Shown here piece by piece: positions 9,522 through 18,623 of a stretch of DNA of 64,000 nt. Position numbers and translations under genes: made by a program. The stretch spans positions 953,562 to 1,017,561 of the forward strand of contig CBDCTJ010000007.1 in the NCBI GenBank assembly GCA_965222115.1. The letters run 5' to 3'. Under the pieces are notes generated by a model, which saw only the letters and a program-made list of their open reading frames with translations, had not been told where the DNA came from and did no database searches. Numbering within the stretch: the stretch's first letter is position 1; every line of letters starts with the position of its first letter. The DNA is from Planctomycetota bacterium. GTDB lineage: Bacteria; Planctomycetota; PLA2; JAEUHO01.

Positions 9522-10601
9522 CTATCCCCGCAGCCGCCGTCTTCGATTTCGAAGAAAGTCCACTAAGACGAAGCCTTCCAGTCGGGTGCTATCGGCGAAA
9601 TAGGCTCGCCCGCGACACGACTCGGTAAAGCGTTCCACGAACCTCTTGAGCGTGGGATCGGCCGTGAGCATGAAGGTGGTCACGTGAATGCCGCGGCGTC
9701 GGCAGCGCATGCCTTCTTCCAACGTTTTGTTGACGACCCGCTCATCCAGTCCAAACGCATTCTTGTAAACCTCACCGCCCATGCTGATGGCCGACGGCTT
9801 GCCATCGGTCAACATGAAAATCTGGCGATTCACGTGTTTGCGGCGACGAAGAATGTCTTGCGCGGCAAGCAGCCCCGCGCGCGTGTTGGTGTGGAACGGG
9901 CCATTGGAGATGTAGGGCAAGCGTTCAAGCGGCACTTGCTTGGCTTCGTCGCCGAAGAGCACAACGTCAATCGTGTCACGCGGGTACTTGGTGAGAATGA
10001 GCTCGGTGAGCGCCAGTGCCACGCGCTTGGCGGGCGTGATGCGGTCTTCACCATAGAGCGTCATCGAGTGGCTAACGTCGATGAGCAGCACCGTGGCACA
10101 TGAACTCTGTCGCTCGCGTTCGCGTACACACAGATCATCTTCACGAACGATGCCGTTGCCAGCGGTGCGCCGGGCCCAACGTTTGAGCGTGGCGTGCGGG
10201 TCGAGTTGATCCACGCGGTCGCCAAACTGATAGGGACGTACCGTCTCAACAAATTCACCTGCGCCACCATCGCGCAGCGTGCGGTGATCCCCGTCGGCTC
10301 GGGGGGCCATCTGCGAAAACACATCCGTGAGCGCTTGTCGGCGTATGGCGCGCTCGCCCTTGGGTGTCATGCGCAGCGACTGCCCTTCACTACGAATCTC
10401 TCGCGCCTTCTCAAGCAATGATTGAAACTCTTCGATGCCGAAATCGGGACGCCATAGGCCGTAACGTTCGCCAAGTTCATCCAGCGTGTCAAGCGAGAGT
10501 TCGACGTCACCGTCCATCACAATCAGCAATTGTCGAAAGATGCGCAAGAGGTCTTGGATGAGCGCTGCGAGCTTGTCTTGTTTCGCGTAGCGCCAGTGCA
10601 C
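9522..10601 (-). CDS. von Willebrand factor A (VWA) domain protein
   Basis: MIDAS motif VLLIDVSHSM, followed by IFMLTDGKPS. It starts 3 nt after the stop of the upstream AAA+ gene, so the two look co-transcribed. Confidence 0.75.
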   Translation of the reverse strand: MHWRYAKQDKLAALIQDLLRIFRQLLIVMDGDVELSLDTLDELGERYGLWRPDFGIEEFQSLLEKAREIRSEGQSLRMTPKGERAIRRQALTDVFSQMAPRADGDHRTLRDGGAGEFVETVRPYQFGDRVDQLDPHATLKRWARRTAGNGIVREDDLCVRERERQSSCATVLLIDVSHSMTLYGEDRITPAKRVALALTELILTKYPRDTIDVVLFGDEAKQVPLERLPYISNGPFHTNTRAGLLAAQDILRRRKHVNRQIFMLTDGKPSAISMGGEVYKNAFGLDERVVNKTLEEGMRCRRRGIHVTTFMLTADPTLKRFVERFTESCRGRAYFADSTRLEGFVLVDFLRNRRRRLRG

Positions 10602-10604
10602 GGG

Positions 10605-12107
10605 TTATTCGCCGAAGCCTGCAAACATGCGCTTGAGCATGTCGCCGTACTGAATGCCGTCCGGAGAACTGTCTTTGGCAAGTAGCGAGGCTTGATGGAG
10701 CCCTTCAAGGACCAGCTCGCAGCCTGCGTTCAACTCGGCCGCACTCATGCGACCGCCGCTAGGGTTGAGGTACTGGTGAACCAGCTCATGCAGCGTGGGC
10801 ACGGCACTCAAGGCGGCCTGCATGTCGGTTTGATCTTGAACGACTACAGCGTGGCCTTCCGCAAACCAATCCACGATGGCTTTGTAGGGATCGTCAATAG
10901 GCTCGGCGGTTGACGCGCGCTCATTGCGTTCATAGGGCGGCGGAAAGTAGTCACCAAACGTGGCGGCAATACCCTCGCCCACAATGCGTTCGGCAACGGC
11001 CGCGGGTCCTTCGCGTTCGCCCTCAAAGACGAGTTCGATTTTCCCTGTAACGGCACTGAGCGCCGCAAAAACATCGGCCACGCGAGCTGAGGCTTCGCGC
11101 GCGTTTTGCTGGAGCGCTCTGCGTTCGGCGTTGCTAATGACATTTTCCAAGAGCGAGATGGGAAGGCGCGCCGAAACGCCCGAGGACTGATCGACAAACG
11201 TGCTCTTGCGCGCCTCGAACGCACAACGTTCAATCGCTTCGCGTAAGAACCATGGAATGTGAATGCGAACGTCTCCGCGGTTCACGTAGGCCTCTTGATC
11301 GGTGATCGTGCGCGCGGTTTCGAGGTCGCGCGGATAGTGCGTGAGAATCTGACTGGCGATGCGATCGCGAAGCGGCGTGATAATGGAACCGCGGTTGGTG
11401 TAGTCTTCGGGATTGGCCGAAAACACCAGCAACACATCGAGCGGCAATCGAATGGGATGGCCGCGAAGTTGGACGTCGCGCTCTTCTAGGAGATTGAGCA
11501 AGCCCACCTGAATCCGCGGCGCCAAGTCAGGGATTTCATTCATGGCCACAATGCCGCGGTTGGTGCGTGGAATGAGTCCAAACTGCAGGGCATCTTCGTC
11601 GTCGAGCGAAATGCGCTCATTGGCGGCCTTGATGGGATCCACATCGCCGATTAGATCAGCGATCGTTACATCGGGCGTGGCGAGTTTCTCTTGATAGCGG
11701 GCCGCTCGCGGTATCCATCGAATGGGTGCGTCGTCGCCCCTTGTCTCCACAAGGGCTGTCCCGCGACGTGAGATAGGCGAAAACGGATCGTCATTGAGAT
11801 CGCACCCGTCAAGCGCAGGCAACCACGGATCCAGGAACTCCGACAACTGTCGCAAGATGCGCGTCTTCCCCTGGCCTCGGAGTCCTAGCAGAATGAAATC
11901 GTGCTTGCTGAGAATCGCGTTCTCAAGTTGGGGGATCACCGTGTGCTCATAGCCGTGGATGCCGGGCCAGCGTTCAGCGGTCGCTGTGCGCGTTTTCATG
12001 GCGGCGATCAAGTTTTCGCGCAGTTCATCGCGCACGGACCTTGACGTCCATCCTGATGCACGAAGTGCGCCTCGCGTAGTGGGTGGGGAGGGAGACGGGG
12101 TATTCAT
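10605..12107 (-). CDS. AAA+ ATPase, Mg-chelatase ChlI/BchI-like
   Basis: Walker A LLGLRGQGKT, Walker B-like GIVAMNEIPDL, and LLNLLEERDVQLRGHPIRLPLDVLLVFSANP (ChlI/MCM-type sensor region). No GAFTGA loop, so it is not a sigma-54 activator. The start is uncertain (ATG 12107, ATG 12161, TTG 12194). Confidence 0.7.
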   Translation of the reverse strand: MNTPSPSPPTTRGALRASGWTSRSVRDELRENLIAAMKTRTATAERWPGIHGYEHTVIPQLENAILSKHDFILLGLRGQGKTRILRQLSEFLDPWLPALDGCDLNDDPFSPISRRGTALVETRGDDAPIRWIPRAARYQEKLATPDVTIADLIGDVDPIKAANERISLDDEDALQFGLIPRTNRGIVAMNEIPDLAPRIQVGLLNLLEERDVQLRGHPIRLPLDVLLVFSANPEDYTNRGSIITPLRDRIASQILTHYPRDLETARTITDQEAYVNRGDVRIHIPWFLREAIERCAFEARKSTFVDQSSGVSARLPISLLENVISNAERRALQQNAREASARVADVFAALSAVTGKIELVFEGEREGPAAVAERIVGEGIAATFGDYFPPPYERNERASTAEPIDDPYKAIVDWFAEGHAVVVQDQTDMQAALSAVPTLHELVHQYLNPSGGRMSAAELNAGCELVLEGLHQASLLAKDSSPDGIQYGDMLKRMFAGFGE

Positions 12108-12311
12108 TGCTCGTGACAACTCCGAGTTCGCGGATGCGCAGTGTGCCCTCGTGCGCCTCATGGTAGTGGGGTCCAAGGGGCCACGCCGGTCCAACAGAGG
12201 CCGGGGTCACCTTGGATTCTGCGAGATCGTCCACGCATCTCTTGATCAATCTCGACCGGGGCGCTCGGTTGTGCGATACGGTGTGCCGCAGCGCGCTACG
12301 GAGAATGCACC

Positions 12312-12728
12312 ATGCCCTACGATCCAGCCCTTGTTGCCCCCATGCGAAACGAACTCGCAAGCCTCGGCGTCGAGGAACTCATGACGGCCGACCAGGTGCG
12401 TGACTTTGTTGCGCGCGACGGCACGAAGTTCATTGTCATCAACTCCGTGTGTGGTTGTGCCGCGGGCATGGCGCGCCCAGCCGTGAGCATCGCCAAAGGA
12501 CACACGGTGCAGCCCGACGCCATCGGCACCGTGTTCGCTGGACAAGACCTCGACGCCACGGCAGCGGCCCGCGCGGCGTTTGGCCAAGTACCACCGAGCA
12601 GCCCGTCGATGGCACTACTCAAAGGCAATGAACTCGTGTGGTTTTTGCCCCGTCACATGATCGAGAACCGCGACGCACAGACGATCGCCTTCGACATCGT
12701 TTCGGCGTTTGACGAGCACTGCCAGTAA
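12312..12728 (+). CDS. bacilliredoxin BrxA/BrxB (YphP/YqiW, DUF1094) family thiol-disulfide protein
   Basis: MPYDPALVAPMRNELASLGVEELMTADQVRDFV...FIVINSVCGCAAGMARPAV matches the remembered YphP/YqiW N-terminus almost position for position, including the CGC redox motif. Confidence 0.8.
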   Translation: MPYDPALVAPMRNELASLGVEELMTADQVRDFVARDGTKFIVINSVCGCAAGMARPAVSIAKGHTVQPDAIGTVFAGQDLDATAAARAAFGQVPPSSPSMALLKGNELVWFLPRHMIENRDAQTIAFDIVSAFDEHCQ

Positions 12729-12731
12729 GTC

Positions 12732-13031
12732 GTGGGTACGTTTCACAGCCACAAAGGGGAGCTCCACGGCATCACCGTTGTTGTGGAAACGAGAGACAAC
12801 CGTATTTTTGTGGGTCGCTGCGACACAGTGACGACCGAGGAAGTATTGCTGCTCGATGCCGACGCGTTTCCGGCCCTCGAAGGTCTAACGGTTGACAATC
12901 CACCTGCGACTCGTGACGCATTCTTGGATGGCGCGAAACGTTTTGGGGTGTGGCCGCGCATTCCGCAGATTGCGGTTCCGTGTTCTCACGTGACTTCGAT
13001 CACGCGGTTAACGGATCTTGCCACGCAGTAG
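12732..13031 (+). CDS. small hypothetical protein (possible Sm-like fold)
   Basis: 99-aa ORF with a GTG start 4 nt after the brx stop. The stretch HGITVVVETRDNRIFVGRCDTVTTEEVLLLDAD resembles Sm/LSm strand patterning. This is weak, composition-based support only. Confidence 0.4.
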   Translation: MGTFHSHKGELHGITVVVETRDNRIFVGRCDTVTTEEVLLLDADAFPALEGLTVDNPPATRDAFLDGAKRFGVWPRIPQIAVPCSHVTSITRLTDLATQ

Positions 13032-13051
13032 CCACCCTTAATAACCCTGCC

Positions 13052-14992
13052 TCAATAGCCCGGTACGCAAACGATACCCTCTAGTACGTCACGCAACGTC
13101 TGACTGTGCTTGATCATGGACGTGGGCTGGCCGTCAATTACGGCCATAAACGTTTGAACGCCATCGGAGGCGATGCCGAATCGGCGTTCGCGATTGCTCG
13201 TGCGATGCAAGACCCAAAGACGTCCTGGGTTGCCCGCGATATTGATTTTCTGACCCTCGCCTTGGATGGCGGCGGGACTTGCCACCTTGGCCATGCGTGC
13301 GAGGTTGGGCTGCGAAAGGCCCATCGCGTGTGAATGAATGGTTACGGCGAGCGTGCGGTCATTCGACACGACGGTGGCGACGAGTGGACTGGCAAGATTG
13401 TCTGAACCGCGCGCCTGCCAACCCTTTGGAACCGGAATGCCAATGCCACGACGCCGATTGACATAGCCCACGTCTTTGAACGGATCAGGAATGCCATCGC
13501 CGTCCCCCGCATCTCGCTCGCTCTTCTCCATGTTCGTGCGGCGAAGCGCCGCGATCGCACGCTTCAAGTGTTCCTTGTCCGGCGCGCCGTCAATAATTCG
13601 AAGCTCGTGGCCGGTTTGAATCATGGTGCCTTCACCATGTGGCGTGGTGTAGGACAGCGTGAATTCATCGTCACTCGATTTGGGCGACGCCTCGCGATAC
13701 GCCTTGCCATGGACGGCGCCGTGCGCACGTCGAAATGCCTCGGTTGCTTCCTTGGCATCCTTTCGCGTGTCAAAGGCATATGCATGAACAATCATGAGCG
13801 GCGTCGCGTCGTCTCGGACGAGGTATCTGACGTGCCCACCATCCCATCCGGCGGCCGCGCGATGGGCGAATGACGAGACAAAGTTACCCATGTGGACGCG
13901 CGCTGCAATCGGGCGCCCGTAGGCGCCGGGTAACGGGCGCGCCCGTACCGCGTTCTTGTCGGCGGGGATGCTCGCGAGATGGTCAAGCAGCATAGCGAGA
14001 TCAAGTTCACCGATGGGATGTTCGTAGAACACCGACCAACCTTCGCCGATTGATGACGCGGTGTCTTCCGGCCAGTGAATTGTGCGCGGCAGATCTCTGC
14101 GATCGGGATTGAGCCAACGTTCTGGATGCAGCCATTGTTCTTGCGTGGTGGGTGGATTCTTGAAGAGTCTGTTCATGGTTTCTGGCAGCGACGCGGTTTG
14201 CGATTGTTGCGTCGCACGAGACACGAGCGCAGGGCCGGCTCGGTAGTGAAGCAGCGAGGGAGTAATCATGAAGGCCGGCGTTTCTTTCATTACGCGCGCT
14301 TGCGCCTTGCCGTCTTTTTGCTTCTGAGGCGAGTCGGCCATTTCGTATTCGAATGACGCACGCGCCACCTCGGGGTGCTGCGTTTCATAGCGCAATCGAA
14401 CAGCTTCGGCGCAACCCTCGAACAGGCATCGACCGGCAAAGAATCGATCGGGGTCCTCTTCGTAGGCTTCTTCCATGGCCTCAAAGTCGAAGTGTTGATC
14501 GTCAAGGGCGTGCACGAGTTCATGCACAAGGGTAGGGATCTGTGCCTTACCCAATGGGCCCTCAACCAGCACCATGGTCTTCTCTTCGCGGTCGTAGTAC
14601 CCGGCCACGAATGCGCCAAACATTTTGATGCTCATCGAAGTGACGTCTTCACCCGGGCGCAGTACCCCTACACGCTTGTAGATGCGATCGTCTCGCGCCC
14701 GCTCGTCGGCGGGATACTCCTTGTCCATCATGAGTCGCAGTTGGTCTCGTAGCGCTTCACGATCGAGAACGCGAACCGGTACGGGCTTCTTCCAAGCAAG
14801 GCCCCGTATTTTGGCGACCTCAGGCATCAACGACTCGAGGAGCTTCTGCGCCGCAGCGTCGGTTTCACGTTGTTTCTTCGTTCGCGGCTCGGGAGGAGAA
14901 TCCTCTTTGGCGGAGAGCGGAGCGGCCACGTTGAATGAAAGCAACGCGAGTACAATCATCGCAAATGAGGCACGCAGCATGACGTTCTCCAA
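13052..14992 (-). CDS. secreted HExxH protein (putative zinc metallopeptidase-like)
   Basis: Signal-peptide-like N-terminus (ASFAMIVLALLSFNVAAPLSA) and a zincin-type motif in LVHELVHALDDQHF. 646 aa. Confidence 0.6.
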   Translation of the reverse strand: MENVMLRASFAMIVLALLSFNVAAPLSAKEDSPPEPRTKKQRETDAAAQKLLESLMPEVAKIRGLAWKKPVPVRVLDREALRDQLRLMMDKEYPADERARDDRIYKRVGVLRPGEDVTSMSIKMFGAFVAGYYDREEKTMVLVEGPLGKAQIPTLVHELVHALDDQHFDFEAMEEAYEEDPDRFFAGRCLFEGCAEAVRLRYETQHPEVARASFEYEMADSPQKQKDGKAQARVMKETPAFMITPSLLHYRAGPALVSRATQQSQTASLPETMNRLFKNPPTTQEQWLHPERWLNPDRRDLPRTIHWPEDTASSIGEGWSVFYEHPIGELDLAMLLDHLASIPADKNAVRARPLPGAYGRPIAARVHMGNFVSSFAHRAAAGWDGGHVRYLVRDDATPLMIVHAYAFDTRKDAKEATEAFRRAHGAVHGKAYREASPKSSDDEFTLSYTTPHGEGTMIQTGHELRIIDGAPDKEHLKRAIAALRRTNMEKSERDAGDGDGIPDPFKDVGYVNRRRGIGIPVPKGWQARGSDNLASPLVATVVSNDRTLAVTIHSHAMGLSQPNLARMAKVASPAAIQGEGQKINIAGNPGRLWVLHRTSNRERRFGIASDGVQTFMAVIDGQPTSMIKHSQTLRDVLEGIVCVPGY

Positions 14993-15078
14993 GGAGAGCG
15001 CATCCTAAACGTCGCAGAGCGGCGGATTCTGCATTCCGTCGGCAGGAATCCTCGAAGCGGCGTTAAGATCACGCCCCT

Positions 15079-15645
15079 ATGCCTGACTCGTTCGAACTCA
15101 CCACGCCCGACACCATCGTTCTGGTGGTCTGCGCCATTTTTGCCATTCGCGGTGCCTTCAAGGGCTTCGTGTGGCAGGCCGTGCGGACCGCGGGGTTGGT
15201 CGTGGGATTGTGGGCCGCCACCAAATGGTATGCGCCGTTTGGTGAGTGGCTCAATGAGCATGTGCCTGCCATTCCGGATGTGGCAGTTACACCGTTAGCG
15301 TGGGTCCTCATTGCTGTTGGCATCTTCTTTGTGGTGTCGTTTCTCGCCCACATGGCGCGTGGTTTTGTGCGCGAACGCGAGTTGGGCTTCGCGGATCGAC
15401 TCTTCGGCTTCGCTCTTGGCGCGGGAACCGGACTCGTGCTTTGCACCGCGGGCTTCTTGCTATGGGGCAGCTTCTTCTCGGATCAAAAGCTGCGTGAGAC
15501 GCTAGAAGGGTCCTACTCGGTGCGCTACATGGCGAAGGCCGTCGAAGTTGTGACACCCTTCGTACCCGAGCCCATCCGCCGCCGTTGGGGTGGTGTGCTC
15601 GGCACCCTCCACGAGATCCAACCCGCCCTCCCCTCCACCGACTGA
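15079..15645 (+). CDS. cvpA: CvpA family membrane protein
   Basis: The N-terminus DTIVLVVCAIFAIRGAFKGFVWQAVRTAGLVVGLW and four hydrophobic segments are typical of colicin V production protein CvpA. Confidence 0.7.
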   Translation: MPDSFELTTPDTIVLVVCAIFAIRGAFKGFVWQAVRTAGLVVGLWAATKWYAPFGEWLNEHVPAIPDVAVTPLAWVLIAVGIFFVVSFLAHMARGFVRERELGFADRLFGFALGAGTGLVLCTAGFLLWGSFFSDQKLRETLEGSYSVRYMAKAVEVVTPFVPEPIRRRWGGVLGTLHEIQPALPSTD

Positions 15646-15676
15646 CGCGCCACAGAACCCAGGTATTTCTGGCGCG

Positions 15677-16651
15677 TTAGTCGTCGAGGACGTCGAAGCC
15701 GTCGGCCTCGATGAGGGGGCCAAGGTCGTCGGGAATTTGGTAGGCGCCGGGAGGATTGGCGTCAGGTGCGTCGGGATCGGTTGGGTTAGAAACTGGAGAA
15801 TGGGTAACCGGGACATCGCTGTTGGGGTTGGGCGAAGTCGTTGCTGGGGTATCGGTCGTGGTGGGTGATGTTGCAGACGCGGCTGGCATTGGTTTCGGTT
15901 GGTCGGGGACCGAATAGGTTGGCGTGGGAATGCCAGCGCCGTCGCGATACTCGAAGCGCGCTAGCTCGCGGAGTTTGGCGACACGCTCGTCAATGAGACC
16001 CCTTGGAATCGTTTCGCCCGCAGCGCGGCGCGCCAAGAGATCGACGAGTTCGGCGTCGTAGTGACGATCGCCGTTTACACGCAACGTGGGCAGCAAGCCG
16101 GTCTTCGTAAGTCGTTCCAATGCTGCGGCATCGACGTACAGCCGTTGCCGCACCGCTTCTTTGCGGAGCAGGCGATCCACATCTACATGTCCAGTCAACT
16201 TGGACGTGTCTCGCGTGGCCCGACGCGCTTTGCTTGAGGGGGGCGAGAGGCGTTCGAGCCAATAGGTGCGGATCGATGACTCATCGGTGGGGGCCCGCCC
16301 AGACGCGGCATCGACCCACGCTGCCGGAAAAACCCACGCGCCATCTTGCCAGAGCGCAGGAATCTGGCGCGAGCGCGCTTGACGGATCAATCGCTTGGGA
16401 TCGCAGTGCAGCGCCTCGCTTGCATCCGCAAGGTCGTAGCGTTGGGGGGCGTCCAAATGGGGCATCGCCATGCACTGTACCCGAGGAGGCGGCGGCGTTC
16501 GTAGAACGCGTTTCGGCGGGTTCGTCACGACTTGGTATCGGTTTGCCATGGATTCTTCGGAACGCGACCCGTTCGTCCGTAAGGTCCATAGGTCAATCCG
16601 TGTTCGTTGCCCGCGGGAATCGACCGATTGAAAGGCGAAGGAGGCCCTCAT
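15677..16651 (-). CDS. hypothetical protein with two excisionase/MerR-like HTH segments and a Thr/Pro-rich acidic tail
   Basis: There are two segments of the type ALHCDPKRLIRQARSRQIPAL and LYVDAAALERLTKTGLLPTLRVNG. The C-terminus is low complexity (PTTTDTPATTSPNPN...) and ends in GFDVLDD. The real start may be the ATG at 16549 (MANRYQVV). Confidence 0.45.
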   Translation of the reverse strand: MRASFAFQSVDSRGQRTRIDLWTLRTNGSRSEESMANRYQVVTNPPKRVLRTPPPPRVQCMAMPHLDAPQRYDLADASEALHCDPKRLIRQARSRQIPALWQDGAWVFPAAWVDAASGRAPTDESSIRTYWLERLSPPSSKARRATRDTSKLTGHVDVDRLLRKEAVRQRLYVDAAALERLTKTGLLPTLRVNGDRHYDAELVDLLARRAAGETIPRGLIDERVAKLRELARFEYRDGAGIPTPTYSVPDQPKPMPAASATSPTTTDTPATTSPNPNSDVPVTHSPVSNPTDPDAPDANPPGAYQIPDDLGPLIEADGFDVLDD

Positions 16652-17234
16652 GGTTCAGTCCAGGATACACACGCGCGTTGATCGCTTCGCCGCATTGGCT
16701 TTCGCATGTCTAGCGATGTCCGCATGCCAGACGCAGCCTGCCGGCAACAAGATTCCTCAGCGAGCCAGCGTGCTACCCACCGTCGCCGGGCGTGCCAGTC
16801 CAAATTACTCCTCCGCGGTCGATGCGCGCGACGCCTACACCCGCCAGAGCGAGAACGGCTCCTTGGTCGCTATCTTAGAAGACGCAGCGTGGCTACGTTA
16901 CGAAGGCACACCTGAGCAAGTTGAATCGAAGCACAAGTCCTACTTCAAGGACGGCTACACGACGTTTCAAGTCGTCATGAATCCCGATGAATTCACGCAG
17001 CCCAATAAAGAGGTCTTCATCTTGGAAGATAGCTCGGGCCGACGGTTCCGGGGCAATCCGGTGACCTACAAGAGCGCCATGGAATGGCACGACCGCAAGT
17101 ACCGCTTTGAGTTTCAATTGAGCTTCCAACATGCCGTTAGCGCGGACACGCGTTGGATCAAACTCACGCGTGAAGCCGATGGGTCTACGGTGCGTTGGGA
17201 TTTCAACGATCGCCATGTTGCTAAGAAGACGTGA
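16650..17234 (+). CDS. putative lipoprotein
   Basis: Lipobox-like LAFACLAMSAC|Q near the N-terminus. 194 aa, no family recognised. Confidence 0.5.
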   Translation: MVQSRIHTRVDRFAALAFACLAMSACQTQPAGNKIPQRASVLPTVAGRASPNYSSAVDARDAYTRQSENGSLVAILEDAAWLRYEGTPEQVESKHKSYFKDGYTTFQVVMNPDEFTQPNKEVFILEDSSGRRFRGNPVTYKSAMEWHDRKYRFEFQLSFQHAVSADTRWIKLTREADGSTVRWDFNDRHVAKKT

Positions 17235-17246
17235 ACTTAGTCCGGG

Positions 17247-18509
17247 CTAGAGCATCGTTCCCCGCGCCACGCGATCGAGGACGTCGTCAATGCGACCCCC
17301 GGTGTGAGGAATGGCGTGAATCCCCACCGCACGCAGTAGGGTCAATGCGCGATCGCTGAATCCGGTGGCGACAACGGCACGACACCCCAAAAGACTTTGC
17401 AGAAACACCTGCGCGTTGCCTACGCCATCCACGTGGCGACGGAGATCATGCGGACGTCGTCGCGTGCCCAAGTGGCGGATGGAATCCGGCATTACGCGAA
17501 ATACATGCAACACGTCGGCTCGCTCAAGACTCGTATCAATCAGTACACCGTCGCGGGACGCTACGGCCACAAGCTGCGTACGCCTGCGTGGTAAGTGAGT
17601 CCCGCCGTTGTCTTCCGGCGATTCCATAAGCACATGCGCCAACCCGTCATCGGGAAGCGTGTGGGGATCGACGACTTCAAAGCGCGACGGTCGCAGCCAC
17701 GCACGCAAGAGCCCTTCCACCGACGAACGCTCGTCGTGGTCGATCCGACCAAAGTGCTTTGCAACCGATGCTGTCGCGACACGCATTTCGTGCGTAGTGG
17801 GCATCGTGAGCCGAAAGTCATGGGCCGCGATATTCGGCGTGGGCGTCAAGAGATCCATGCGTTCCGCACCCGCCGCCCGCGCACGCATCGCCAGCGTCTC
17901 GACGTCTTCAAAATTAACGAGGGGGTGCACCGTGGTGCGAACGGCCACGGGCAGTCCCGCCGCATGCGCCAATCCAAACGCGCGGTGGCTGGACTCGACA
18001 TACAACGCCGCCGCACGATCAACGTCGAGCGTCTCGCCGCGAAAGCGCGCACCCCGAACGAGTTTGCGGGCGCTACGTTCCGTTGCAGCGTCCATTCGGA
18101 CCACGACATACGCGACGCCCAGCGACGTGAGTTCGCTCGTGTATTCCGACAGCAACGGACCATCAATAACCATGCCCACCCGCACGTCGGGGTGGTGGTC
18201 CTGAAGCAATGCCAGCGCACGCAAGATGTCGGCGGCACTGGCAAGCGGATCGCCCGGGCCGTCAAACTCAACGACCAACGGTCCTTGGCGATGGCGTCGC
18301 GCGCGCCCAGTAAGTCGCAGAACGTCGGGCACGTCCAGGTGGACCGGCATACGCGATGGGTCGCGATCCAATCGGTGAAGCAACGGCGTGGATGCCGCCG
18401 CCAGGCGCAAGAGCTGCACGCGAAGCTTGGGGTGCGCATCAGAGGATGGGTGCGGCGGCGAGGTCATGCATGAATGATTCTCAGTCGAGGCCGTCCATGG
18501 GCCAAACAT
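17247..18509 (-). CDS. NifB-like radical-SAM-fold protein lacking cluster cysteines, fused to a NifX/NifB-C-type domain
   Basis: It is colinear with remembered NifB blocks ([12 protein letters not shown] ~ [43 protein letters not shown] ~ [47 protein letters not shown] ~ KINSVMIPGVNDEHL). The C-terminal [13 protein letters not shown]...[28 protein letters not shown] resembles the dinitrogenase FeMo-cofactor-binding domain. The whole protein has only two Cys. Confidence 0.6.
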   Translation of the reverse strand: [420 protein letters not shown]

Positions 18510-18564
18510 CTCCGCCTTGAACCGACTCGGATATCATCACGCGCATTGCTTCGATGCCCGATTC

Positions 18565-18579
18565 CTGTCACGGTGACAG
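18565..18579. promoter_or_regulatory. perfect 15-bp palindrome CTGTCACGGTGACAG in a divergent intergenic region
   Basis: Read directly from the sequence: 7-bp arms around a central G. It lies between the NifB-like gene (minus) and the membrane-protein gene (plus). Confidence 0.4.
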
Positions 18580-18623
18580 AACGGCACAGATCACATACGA
18601 CAATTCGCGATCTGGCAGTCGCG

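Noticed and set aside
10605-12194. Sigma-54 enhancer-binding protein that could serve the promoter at 40087.
   Set aside because: The AAA+ protein lacks the GAFTGA loop and a C-terminal HTH. It resembles ChlI/BchI-type ATPases instead.
16648-16653. Divergent genes whose start codons would share a CATG (16650 plus strand, 16651 minus strand).
   Set aside because: The first 34 or so codons of the minus-strand ORF look non-coding. Its real start is more likely the ATG at 16549, so the overlap is probably an ORF-calling artefact.
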